From: Desulfobacterales bacterium
Lineage (GTDB): Bacteria > Desulfobacterota > Desulfobacteria > Desulfobacterales > UBA5616
NCBI GenBank assembly: GCA_046483495.1
Contig: JAWODC010000067.1
Span: forward strand, 41,627-105,626
DNA: 64,000 nucleotides
Reading direction: 5' to 3'
Part shown: piece after piece, positions 9,767-18,402 of the stretch
Numbering within the stretch: the stretch's first letter is position 1
Layout of the letters: every line of letters begins with the position of its first letter
The notes under the pieces: model-generated
The model's database searches: none
The model's input: only the letters and a program-made list of their open reading frames with translations
What the model was told of the DNA's origin: nothing
Position numbers and translations under genes: made by a program

Positions 9767-10492
9767 TTACCGATTCGGGTCGGTCTCGTTATGGTTTTGC
9801 ATGCGGCGGGTATGAAGGGCGAACCGAAACAAGTGCTTGAATTTATAAACAGCTTCTGATGCCAGGCTAAAATGGCTGGCTCGATTGTCACTGCATGCCA
9901 CAGGTATTTCCAGAATCCGCCGTTTTTCTTCGATAGCATGAAAAAACAATTCGAGGACATAAGCCGTCCATGGATCGAGATGATGTGCATGCTGCAAAAC
10001 AAAACTGCGTCTATATGCTTTGGCGCCGATCGAAAAATCAGCGGCTGCGGCCCCCAAAACCATGGCAGTCGTAAAGATGAAAATATTGCTTCCCAAGGTT
10101 CTGAAAAATGTACGATCTTGATACTGCATCCGCTTGCAGCCGATTACCATATCGCATTTTTCTAAAAAATCGAGCGCAAGGGGTATAAAATCCAGTTCGA
10201 CGGACAAGTCGGCGTCACAGGAGATGATAAATTCGCTGGAAGCCATGTCGGCCCCCTGAACGAAGGCGAGTCCGGGCCCTTTTCCGGGCAGATGAAATGA
10301 TTTAATATTGCGGTTCTTGTTTTCCAGGGTCGAAATAATTTTCGGGGTGGCATCTGTGGAGCCGTTGCTGCCTAAGATGATATCTGCCTCGATCTCATGC
10401 TTTTTGAGATAATCCATCAGCCGATACGTATTTTTTTCGATGAGGTCTTCCTCATTATATAACGGAATAAAAATCGAGCAGGTGGAATTCAT
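9767..10492 (-). CDS. GT2 glycosyltransferase, DPM1/Alg5-like (polyprenol-phosphate sugar synthase-like)
   Basis: IFIPLYNEE, NGSTDAT, GKGPG, DAD motif (CDADLS), VIGCKR, GAKAYRR; short soluble protein. Confidence 0.85.
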   Translation of the reverse strand: MNSTCSIFIPLYNEEDLIEKNTYRLMDYLKKHEIEADIILGSNGSTDATPKIISTLENKNRNIKSFHLPGKGPGLAFVQGADMASSEFIISCDADLSVELDFIPLALDFLEKCDMVIGCKRMQYQDRTFFRTLGSNIFIFTTAMVLGAAAADFSIGAKAYRRSFVLQHAHHLDPWTAYVLELFFHAIEEKRRILEIPVACSDNRASHFSLASEAVYKFKHLFRFALHTRRMQNHNETDPNR

Positions 10493-13110
10493 GGCGTTTT
10501 CTTTTCCTGGATATACGTTCGTGCGTAATGCGTCCAGTTACTGTTTGGGAATCGACTAAAAAGCCGATCGGCAGCCTCCCGCGCTTTTTCCCGGTCACCC
10601 AAATTCATATGACTTTTCAATACATGGAAAAGCGCCTCCGGCGCAAAACGGCTGTCCGGGTAATCTTCTTTCAGGCGTGTAAAACTTGCAATCGTATTTG
10701 TATAATCCTTTTTCCGCCAGAAAGACAGACCCAAGTAATAAGCGGCATCATCCCCGTATCCGGAATCGGGGGCAATGCTCAAGATCTTCTTAAAAACAGG
10801 AATGGCGCGGTCGAACTTTTCTGAGGAATAGTAACGAAGTCCGGTTTGCTTCAGTCTTTCCGGACTGTTGTTTCGTTTTTCATAAATACCATAGACCATT
10901 ACGGTAATAATTATGGCCCAGCAGGCGGAGAATACAATCCTGCGTTTTTGGTTGGAAATAGGTGTCCGGGTGATTTTCCAGTCACTATTGATCAGCCGGT
11001 TGACCGGTTTGGTCCATTTCAGCAGGCATACCATGATCGTCAATGCCGTAGCAGACAGACCGACCCACCCGGCGCCGCCTCTCTGGAAGACCATTTCGAC
11101 ATTTTCCCGGAAGGGGATGATCATCATAAAAGAGGGGGAAATGAGAAAGGGTCCCAGAGCTCCACTGCAGCGCCAGTTCGGATGATAGGAAACTTTAACG
11201 AGCAGGGGAATTCCAGGCTCTGATGTGGTGATGTCGATGCCGTTTCGAGTGATGCGGCTTTTTACGCGGACCGCTTGGCTGTTCAGCCCGATCCCGGGTA
11301 TTTTTGCAAAGGTCGTAAATTCAGGTAGAGTGAGGATTTCAGGCCGTTTTTTTTCGGCGTCGTTCGGGTAAACGATAAATGGCATATCTCTGTCGTATTT
11401 ACGAAACCATTCGTAGGCATTTATTCGCCAGTTGCGGCGATCATGTTTGACCGGCCTGTATTTCAAGGGTGCCACGTAACCCTCATCAACGGTTTGAAGG
11501 CTGAAGATGTCAATGTCTCCAAATCGCGCAACATGCTGAAGATCCTGGTGATCCCGTGCCGCTGATTTAATGGTGTCGCTGACGGCGATAAAATGGCCGA
11601 TATGCATTAAATTAAAATGGTCGACCGCCCTGTCGAGGTTCGGAGTGGTATAGTTAAATTGGGGCAGCGGTGTGGAACTGACATCCGATATTTCGGATTG
11701 AAGGAAAAAAATGAACGGCGAGGATATCGAGGACTGAACGTAAAGCCCTTCAAGTGTCGATCGTCCGGAAAAATGAGGAAGATTTTCGAAGGCACGGGTT
11801 GTACCGAAACGGTTTAAACTGGGGGAGTGTTCATAGGCAACCCTTGGATCGTTTTCATCTCCCTTAAGAAAAAAGTTGATGTGAAAAAATGTGGGCCATT
11901 CGCGCTTGTTTTCGAATCCCGAGTAGTTCCACCTGGACCAGCTCTCGGTGGATTGCTCATGGAGTTCGATCCAGGAACCGGTTCCCAGCAGTACGACGAC
12001 AATGAAAACCGAGGATTTTTTGAGATATCGGGCTCCCCATCCGGCGGCTGAAGCTGAAATCAGCATCGGGAGATACTCTACATAAGGAAGAAAGCGGATA
12101 TCCACGACATTGAGTTCATATGCGGTTTCATAAAGAATAACGGCAATGCCGATTCCAAACCACATATAAAGCATCAGGCGTAAACTGTCCGAAAAAGGGG
12201 CTTTTTCCTTTTTTCTTTTGTAAATATTCAGTCCGGCGATAAAGAGCGTGCCGACGATCGAAAATATCAGAAACGGCCATAGGATTGCCGGAAAAACCTC
12301 CTGAATTCCGGAAAATTGCCATAAAAAATTAAATTTGGTGGACCACCCGGAACCGGCCAGAAAAGGGAAAAACCAAAACGCCATAAACCCCAAAGCCAGT
12401 CCGTATATGCGCAATAGATACAGCATCCTTTTTCGAATTCCCGGCGCCGGGTTGAATAGAAAAAAGGAGGGCGTCAATACGGCGAACATCAACCCCACAC
12501 CGTGACACAGCCCGATAATCCCCAGCAGCAGGCCGTTTGCAATCGTGTATCGAGAGCTATGGATATGACGGAACACTGAAAACAAAAATATAATGCTGAG
12601 ACAGAAGGACAGCTGGAAACCGAACTCTCCCGCCATGTTGCTGAGGATATTGCCGCCCCACATTGAATTGCCTTCTGAAAACAGAAAAGCCAGGCTGAAA
12701 GCCGCACCCAAAATGGGTGCGGGAAAATTCTGCCGGCCGATTCGCAGCCCCAGATAACTGCATATCGGCAGAAGAAAAATGCCGACCACCGATATCAGCT
12801 TAAAGCTGATCTGCATGGGCATCGCAAAACTCAGTAAGACCATGCCTAAGAAAGGGAGGGGAAAATAAAACTGAAACAATGGAAATCCGCAGAAGTTTCC
12901 GGGGTACCAGCCGATCAGCCTGCCGGTTTTAAACAGCATTTCTTTTAAATATACCGCGGTCGGGTAATGGGAGGCCATATCGCCTCCGGCGGTAGTTGTT
13001 TTTTCAAACAGCAAAGGCCACTGCAGCTTGTCCGCGATGTAGAGAAGAATCAACAGCAGGAAGACGGCATCCAGAATTTCGGTCCAGTACTTTTCGACGG
13101 CCGTTTTCAT
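10489..13110 (-). CDS. GT-C-fold membrane glycosyltransferase (PTPS-related/YfhO-like) with C-terminal TPR domain
   Basis: GGDMASH, GWYPGNFCGFPLFQFYFPL, many hydrophobic segments, KVSYHPNW periplasmic domain, TPR repeats (DDAAYYLG, YPDSRFAPEALF); 4-bp overlaps with both neighbours. Confidence 0.75.
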   Translation of the reverse strand: MKTAVEKYWTEILDAVFLLLILLYIADKLQWPLLFEKTTTAGGDMASHYPTAVYLKEMLFKTGRLIGWYPGNFCGFPLFQFYFPLPFLGMVLLSFAMPMQISFKLISVVGIFLLPICSYLGLRIGRQNFPAPILGAAFSLAFLFSEGNSMWGGNILSNMAGEFGFQLSFCLSIIFLFSVFRHIHSSRYTIANGLLLGIIGLCHGVGLMFAVLTPSFFLFNPAPGIRKRMLYLLRIYGLALGFMAFWFFPFLAGSGWSTKFNFLWQFSGIQEVFPAILWPFLIFSIVGTLFIAGLNIYKRKKEKAPFSDSLRLMLYMWFGIGIAVILYETAYELNVVDIRFLPYVEYLPMLISASAAGWGARYLKKSSVFIVVVLLGTGSWIELHEQSTESWSRWNYSGFENKREWPTFFHINFFLKGDENDPRVAYEHSPSLNRFGTTRAFENLPHFSGRSTLEGLYVQSSISSPFIFFLQSEISDVSSTPLPQFNYTTPNLDRAVDHFNLMHIGHFIAVSDTIKSAARDHQDLQHVARFGDIDIFSLQTVDEGYVAPLKYRPVKHDRRNWRINAYEWFRKYDRDMPFIVYPNDAEKKRPEILTLPEFTTFAKIPGIGLNSQAVRVKSRITRNGIDITTSEPGIPLLVKVSYHPNWRCSGALGPFLISPSFMMIIPFRENVEMVFQRGGAGWVGLSATALTIMVCLLKWTKPVNRLINSDWKITRTPISNQKRRIVFSACWAIIITVMVYGIYEKRNNSPERLKQTGLRYYSSEKFDRAIPVFKKILSIAPDSGYGDDAAYYLGLSFWRKKDYTNTIASFTRLKEDYPDSRFAPEALFHVLKSHMNLGDREKAREAADRLFSRFPNSNWTHYARTYIQEKKTP

Positions 13111-13931
13111 TGAACTTTTTTTCGATGGATAAGCGTATATAACTGAAAACCGATGTATACCAGCAAAAGCCCGGCGACGCCCCAGGCAAAAAACGGGTAT
13201 GACAGAACGTCAAACACTGTTTTCTCATGAATAATGGATACTTTTCCGGTATAACCATGTTCATACCTGCCTGTCGGCCGCTCTTCGGAGATAACGGCCA
13301 GAACCGTATAAATGCTGGGCGGCAGGGCGGAAAAGTTCTGCACTTCAAAGGACTCATAAATCGTCGTATCCGCCGGGATGGAAAGGATTTTTACCGGGGT
13401 GCGGACGGTCAGCTCTTGGGGGGCAACGATACGCAACCGAATACGGTGGTCCTTTTGATCGAAACTCTTCATTTTTAAAACAAGCGATCCGTTTTGTGTC
13501 ATTTGCACGTCTTCAATTTTACAGAATACGCGCGGCGAATCGGATGCAAATGAAACGGTTGCATATGAAACTGCGCTGAACGGATAACGGTTCTGATCTT
13601 TATACCGGGCGATTAACGGAACCACCATTTGGGAGCATTCAAAACCCCGTCTATACTCGAATCGTTTTGTCATACAACTCCCGGCCGGTAATCGATCCTG
13701 CCGAACAATTGTTTTCTTTTCCTCAAAATCTGCTTCGATTTCAACATCATGGGCTGTTTCATCGCCGTTGTTATATAACTTGAAAGTGATCACCGCCGAT
13801 CCGTCCCGAATGCTGCTGGAAACTGTTGAATCGATTGAAATGATACCGGCGGCACCGAACCGGGGAAGAAAAACCAGGACGATCACAAAAACGAAGTAAG
13901 ACAGGCGGCTTTTTATCACGATTTGGTTCAT
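13107..13931 (-). CDS. Hypothetical membrane-anchored protein with Ig-like (CARDB-like) domains
   Basis: Signal peptide, LYNNGDETAHDV motif, beta-rich body, C-terminal TM helix followed by HRKK. Confidence 0.65.
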   Translation of the reverse strand: MNQIVIKSRLSYFVFVIVLVFLPRFGAAGIISIDSTVSSSIRDGSAVITFKLYNNGDETAHDVEIEADFEEKKTIVRQDRLPAGSCMTKRFEYRRGFECSQMVVPLIARYKDQNRYPFSAVSYATVSFASDSPRVFCKIEDVQMTQNGSLVLKMKSFDQKDHRIRLRIVAPQELTVRTPVKILSIPADTTIYESFEVQNFSALPPSIYTVLAVISEERPTGRYEHGYTGKVSIIHEKTVFDVLSYPFFAWGVAGLLLVYIGFQLYTLIHRKKVQ

Positions 13932-14002
13932 TTTCCTAATGCCATTGGGAGCTTACATGTCGAATAGAGCAATAAAATTAAATGGTTGGAAAAAGTTCGC
14001 GT

Positions 14003-14031
14003 ATTATGTCCGAACGTGCTGAAATTGTCAA
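14003..14031 (-). promoter_or_regulatory. Sigma70-type promoter of the glycosyltransferase operon
   Basis: TTGACA-N17-CATAAT on the minus strand. Confidence 0.6.
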
Positions 14032-14170
14032 CAGATTCATTTTTATATCAAGCCATTGTCTTTCATTTCTTCCGCTCTTGTCTTCCGCTTTTTACTTGTC
14101 ATTCATGAACACAAATTCTATCATCGATCAGAATGCCGTTGTTTTTTATACGCGGTCCAAATGAAGGAGG

Positions 14171-15325
14171 ATGCCCATGGTAAGCCCCATATATCTGGAT
14201 TACAACGCAACCACCCCCCATGATCCCGAAGTCATTGCCGCCATGATGCCGTTTTTGAATGAAGCATTCGGCAATCCCTCCAGCAGCCACTGGTACGGCA
14301 TCACACCCAAACGGGCCGTAGAGGCCGCCCGAGCCCGGGTGGCGGGCCTGCTCAATTGCACCACCGATGAGATTATTTTCACCAGCGGCGGAACCGAATC
14401 GAACAATCATGCCGTTTCAGGCATCGCGTGGGCCCGGAAGGACCGGGGAAATCACATTATCACCAGCACTGTCGAACACCCGGCGGTTTTCGAAGTGTGC
14501 GGAGCGCTTGAAAAACACGGGTTTGAAACCACATATGTCAATGTGGACGGGAACGGTCGCGTTAACATTGATGAGCTCGAGCAAGCGGTCCGGAAAGATA
14601 CGGTTTTGATCACCATCATGCATGCCAACAACGAGGTGGGCACCATGCAGCCCATTGAAGACATTTCGGCTGTCGCTAAGAAAAACAACATCGTCATGCA
14701 TACCGATGCGGCTCAATCCGTGGGAAAGATACCGGTGGACGTGTGCAGATTGGGTGTCGATCTGCTCTCCATTGCCGGCCACAAGGTGTATGCCCCCAAA
14801 GGCGTCGGCGCTCTGTTTATCCGCAGGGGTCTGGCACTGGAAAAATTCTGCCACGGGGCCGGGCAGGAAATGGGAAAAAGGGCGGGAACGGAAAACGTCC
14901 TGGAAATCGTTGGGCTTGGCAAGGCCTGTGAAATCGCCGAACGAGATATGGAAAGGAGTATGCGGCATATGAAACATATGCGCGACCGGCTTTATGAAGG
15001 CCTGCAAAAAGCCGGCACCGTCACTCGACTGAACGGACATTTACACGATCGCCTGCCCAACACATTGAGCCTCTCGTTTAAAAACCTCGAAGCTAATCGT
15101 ATTCTCGAAGAAATCGGGCTGGAAGTGGCGGCATCGGCCGGTGCGGCCTGTCATGCGGATGCAGTTGAGATTTCCCATGTCCTGTCGGCCATGAAGGTCC
15201 CCCTGGATTTTGCAAAAGGGACCCTGCGGTTCAGTGTCGGAAGAATGACGACTGCAGAGGAAATCGATCAAGCCATCGATGTGGTGCTGCAGGCCGTAGA
15301 AAGTTTGTCGAGACAACGTGATTAG
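14171..15325 (+). CDS. Cysteine desulfurase / selenocysteine lyase-like PLP enzyme (NifS family)
   Basis: YLDYNATTP, FTSGGTESNN, HTDAAQ, AGHK (PLP Lys), RAGTEN, SAGAACH. Confidence 0.92.
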   Translation: MPMVSPIYLDYNATTPHDPEVIAAMMPFLNEAFGNPSSSHWYGITPKRAVEAARARVAGLLNCTTDEIIFTSGGTESNNHAVSGIAWARKDRGNHIITSTVEHPAVFEVCGALEKHGFETTYVNVDGNGRVNIDELEQAVRKDTVLITIMHANNEVGTMQPIEDISAVAKKNNIVMHTDAAQSVGKIPVDVCRLGVDLLSIAGHKVYAPKGVGALFIRRGLALEKFCHGAGQEMGKRAGTENVLEIVGLGKACEIAERDMERSMRHMKHMRDRLYEGLQKAGTVTRLNGHLHDRLPNTLSLSFKNLEANRILEEIGLEVAASAGAACHADAVEISHVLSAMKVPLDFAKGTLRFSVGRMTTAEEIDQAIDVVLQAVESLSRQRD

Positions 15326-15369
15326 AGGGTTTAGAGCGTTTTGATCGTTACGAGCGTTGTGAACGACGA
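15325..15369. repeat. Degenerate 9-bp tandem repeat (GAKCGTTNN), 5 units
   Basis: gagggttta gagcgtttt gatcgttac gagcgttgt gaacgacga. Confidence 0.55.
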
Positions 15370-15370
15370 T

Positions 15371-15415
15371 CCCAACGACCCATAACCCATCACCCATAAC
15401 CCCTAACCCATCCCC
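15371..15415 (-). repeat. Heptamer tandem repeat (CCCATAA-like), G-rich on the minus strand
   Basis: cccataa cccatca cccataa cccctaa cccatcccc; seven runs of 3 or more C. Confidence 0.75.
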
Positions 15416-15421
15416 TTTTTT

Positions 15422-16018
15422 TCATATATTGATCACCTTATCAGCAACCTGCATAGCGGTGACGATGTCCAGCATATTCGTCGTTTCGCCGACCTGCTTG
15501 TGGCCCAGCAGATTGAAATGATCGAGACATGTTCCACATACGAGAATCGAAAGCCCCTCGTCCGCCATTTTTTGCAAATCGGCCAAGACCTCGGAGCCGT
15601 CCACCGCAAGCTTGACGCCGTTGTTTACCAGTACAAGCCGCCACAGGTCCGGTTTCATTTCCGGTAAGGTTCTGATGAAATTCATCATTAATTTAAGCCC
15701 CAACCGGTCATCCCCGAAGCCGAGGCGGTCCGTAGACACCATGACCATGATCCGTTTCGGCAGGGTTTCTTCGGTTTCAACCGGCTGTTCCGGAAGGCTT
15801 TCCAGCGATTCACTCTGCCCGGAAATAACGAAATCCTCCCCCCTTCGATCAAATGCAACGCGGTATCCCCGGGATGAGAGAAATCGCGAAATATTTTCCT
15901 TTGCGGCAGAATTGTCCACAAGAACGGTAATTTCCGAGGGATGATGATGTTCGATCTCCACCTTGGTTTGAAGGACCGGCGTTGGACAGGCCAATCCCCT
16001 GGCGTCTATCTCCGGCAT
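15422..16018 (-). CDS. yedF: Sulfurtransferase-like selenium metabolism protein YedF (TusA + DsrE domains)
   Basis: IDARGLACPTPV, LGFGDDRLG, NNGVKL, VCGTCLDHF, VGETTNM. Confidence 0.9.
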   Translation of the reverse strand: MPEIDARGLACPTPVLQTKVEIEHHHPSEITVLVDNSAAKENISRFLSSRGYRVAFDRRGEDFVISGQSESLESLPEQPVETEETLPKRIMVMVSTDRLGFGDDRLGLKLMMNFIRTLPEMKPDLWRLVLVNNGVKLAVDGSEVLADLQKMADEGLSILVCGTCLDHFNLLGHKQVGETTNMLDIVTAMQVADKVINI

Positions 16019-16032
16019 ATCGTTTTCTCCTT

Positions 16033-16094
16033 ATTGCCTGTCCAAAAACGGCTGATGCACTCCATTTCTGTGTCGGCCTGAATATAATCCTCAA
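16033..16094 (+). repeat. Left-half remnant of the ~145-nt palindromic element
   Basis: attgcctgtccaaaaacggctgatgcactccatttctgtgtcggcctgaatataatcctcaa aligns with the left arm of 18213..18355. Confidence 0.7.
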
Positions 16095-16390
16095 GTTAAT
16101 GATTTTCTTCGAGATTGTCTAATTGGAAATTTGAATGTCCTATATGGTGACCTATAGATGTTTTCAATGGCCGAGAAGGCCTGATCGTCTTCTTCGAAGT
16201 TAAAGGCTTGCAAACAACGAAAAGAATCCTATATTTTGAGTGTTGAAATTTCCTTATTTGATTTGCCTGTGTTAAGGTATAGTTCACGAGTCTTCAGCCG
16301 GAAAGATGATCGCTTTAACGGTTGATGATAACCAGCCTCCTCCCGTCTCGTTTAAGAAGCTGTACATTCTTCTTTTTCATAAGCCGGCGT

Positions 16391-16451
16391 GATGGCGCAG
16401 AAATGCGGCAAGGAGGCCTAACTAGTGTCAATCCATTTATGGATGGACACT
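16391..16451 (-). repeat. Inverted remnant of the palindromic element, including a 28-bp end-to-end mini-palindrome
   Basis: Reverse complement reads agtgtccatccataaatgg...ggcctccttgccgcatttctgcg, matching the start of 55781..55924. Confidence 0.7.
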
Positions 16452-16474
16452 GACTACAGATCTGATAACGAAAA

Positions 16475-17338
16475 ATGGAATTTGAAGGCATTAACGTAGA
16501 GGATGCCCCCCGGCTTAAAAATCCGGTTTTCATTGTCGGGTTCGATGGGTGGGGGAATGCATTGAACACGTCGAAGGGAATGGTCGATTACATTATCCGC
16601 ACCCTTAGAGGGCGTTTTATCGCCCAACTGGATACGGACATGTTTTACCGCTATGATGCCGTGCGTCCCATAGTTGCGGTGGAGGACGGGGTCTTAAAAA
16701 AACATCGGCCGCCGGGTGCGAGCTTCTTTGCCATTGAAACCGAATCCGATGCCCACGACCTCGTGGTCTTGTCGGGGGATGAACCGAACCTTGCCTGGAG
16801 CCTGTTGGTTCGCAATCTTTACGGGTATTTGCAGGCTTTGGGGGTCAAAACCGTCATATCCCTTGGGGGGTTATTCGATAATGTTCTCCATACGGACAGG
16901 GTGATATCGGGAGTTGTTTCCAATGAAGGGCTGAAAGCGCTGTTGCGCCAAAAAGGCGTTTCGCCGATTACTTATCACGGCCCGAGTACCATCCATGCCA
17001 CGATTCAGTGGGAGGGCCGGAAAAGGGGATTTGAATGCTTGAACCTTTGGTGCCACTGCCCCTACTACCTTCAGGGCCTTACCCACTTCGGGCTTTTATC
17101 GACACTCGGCCGGTTGCTTTCCTATTTGGGCCATTTCAACATCGATATGGATGTACTGGAAGATAATTGGGAACGACTGCAACCGGAAATACAGGAATTA
17201 ATCGAAAAAAACCCGCAAATCAAATCCGCTGTCGAGAGACTTATGAAGCAGCGGTCACGAGAAGCGGCGGCCTTGCATAAGTCCGTCGACCCGAAAGAAA
17301 AGATAATCGATTTGTCGGATTTTTTAGAACCCAAGTAA
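16475..17338 (+). CDS. PAC2 (proteasome assembly chaperone-like) family protein
   Basis: VGFDGWGNA, RP motif, GDEPNLAW, ISLGG, YHGP, PYYL. Confidence 0.85.
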   Translation: MEFEGINVEDAPRLKNPVFIVGFDGWGNALNTSKGMVDYIIRTLRGRFIAQLDTDMFYRYDAVRPIVAVEDGVLKKHRPPGASFFAIETESDAHDLVVLSGDEPNLAWSLLVRNLYGYLQALGVKTVISLGGLFDNVLHTDRVISGVVSNEGLKALLRQKGVSPITYHGPSTIHATIQWEGRKRGFECLNLWCHCPYYLQGLTHFGLLSTLGRLLSYLGHFNIDMDVLEDNWERLQPEIQELIEKNPQIKSAVERLMKQRSREAAALHKSVDPKEKIIDLSDFLEPK

Positions 17339-17383
17339 CCATTCGGATGAGAACCTGGAGGGGTTGCTGTACATAGGGCTGTA

Positions 17384-18214
17384 ATGGGAGACGATTTTTA
17401 TCACATATTGGGTGTGGATCAAAACGCCGGGGACAAGGAAATCAAAGATGCCTACCGCAAACTGGCATTTTCGTATCACCCCGACCGAAACAGGGATAAC
17501 TCCGATGCCGCGGAAAAAATGAAAAAAGTCAATGAGGCCTACGCCGTGCTTTCAAATGCGGACAAAAGACGGCAGTATGACGCCATGCGGCGTCAATACG
17601 GTTCACATGCTTACAGCCGTTTTCGGCAGAATTATTCGGAACAGGACATTTTCAGCGGCTCTGACATCAATTCGATTTTGGATGAAATGGCCAAAGCATT
17701 CGGATTCAGGGGGGTCGATGAAATATTCCGGGAATTTTACGGTCGGGGGTATCGCTCATTCGAGTTCCGACGACCCGGGATGACCGCGCGCGGGTTTGTA
17801 TTCCAAGGTCCTTTAAGGCGAACGAAACCGGGATCGGCAGCCCCGGGTCTTAAGACCGGCTTGGCGACCGGTCTGTCCAAAAAGATTTTAGGCAAATTGA
17901 GCCGTTTGGCCATCGAAAAGATCAGCGGAGTCGTATTCCCCCAAACCGGATCGGACATGATGGACGATATCTATTTGGCGCCTGAAAAGGCCGAAAAAGG
18001 CGGGCCGTATGCATACCATCATCGACGAAGAAACAAAAAACTTGTGGTCAAGGTGCCTCGAGGCATCAAAGAAGGCCAGAAAATCCGGTTGCCGGGAATG
18101 GGTGGTGAGGGAACAGCCGGCGGCGGCTCCGGGGACCTGTATTTAAAGGTAAATTTCAAGAAACCGGTTCTTGAAAAAATAAAAGATGTCATTCATGAGC
18201 TACGGTCTAAATAG
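17384..18214 (+). CDS. DnaJ/CbpA-like protein (N-terminal J domain and DnaJ_C fragment, no Zn finger)
   Basis: DFYHILGV, YHPDRN, NEAYAVLS, KVPRGIKEGQKIRLPGMG, GDLYL. Confidence 0.9.
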   Translation: MGDDFYHILGVDQNAGDKEIKDAYRKLAFSYHPDRNRDNSDAAEKMKKVNEAYAVLSNADKRRQYDAMRRQYGSHAYSRFRQNYSEQDIFSGSDINSILDEMAKAFGFRGVDEIFREFYGRGYRSFEFRRPGMTARGFVFQGPLRRTKPGSAAPGLKTGLATGLSKKILGKLSRLAIEKISGVVFPQTGSDMMDDIYLAPEKAEKGGPYAYHHRRRNKKLVVKVPRGIKEGQKIRLPGMGGEGTAGGGSGDLYLKVNFKKPVLEKIKDVIHELRSK

Positions 18215-18355
18215 TGCCCACCCGGAAATGGCTGATTCGCTCCATTTCGGCGTTGGCCGGTAAATTTTAATCCTCAAAATACTCAATGTACTCCTGCAGT
18301 TACAATTTACCGGCTGCCTTGAACTGAATCGAATTCTCATTTCCGGATGGACGCT
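18213..18355 (+). repeat. ~145-nt palindromic MITE/REP-like element, full copy A
   Basis: Very similar to 32691..32835; ends agtgcccacccggaaatg / catttccggatggacgct; overlaps the TAG stop of the DnaJ gene. Confidence 0.9.
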
Positions 18356-18402
18356 GATTGGTTTAACGTTAATGTTTTTCATTAGAAAATAAAGGATAAC
18401 CT

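Noticed and set aside
14171..16470. Selenoprotein (UGA read-through) or SelD fusion near yedF
   Set aside because: The NifS-like gene ends in TAG followed by repeats and stops; no interrupted ORF or SECIS-like element was recognised
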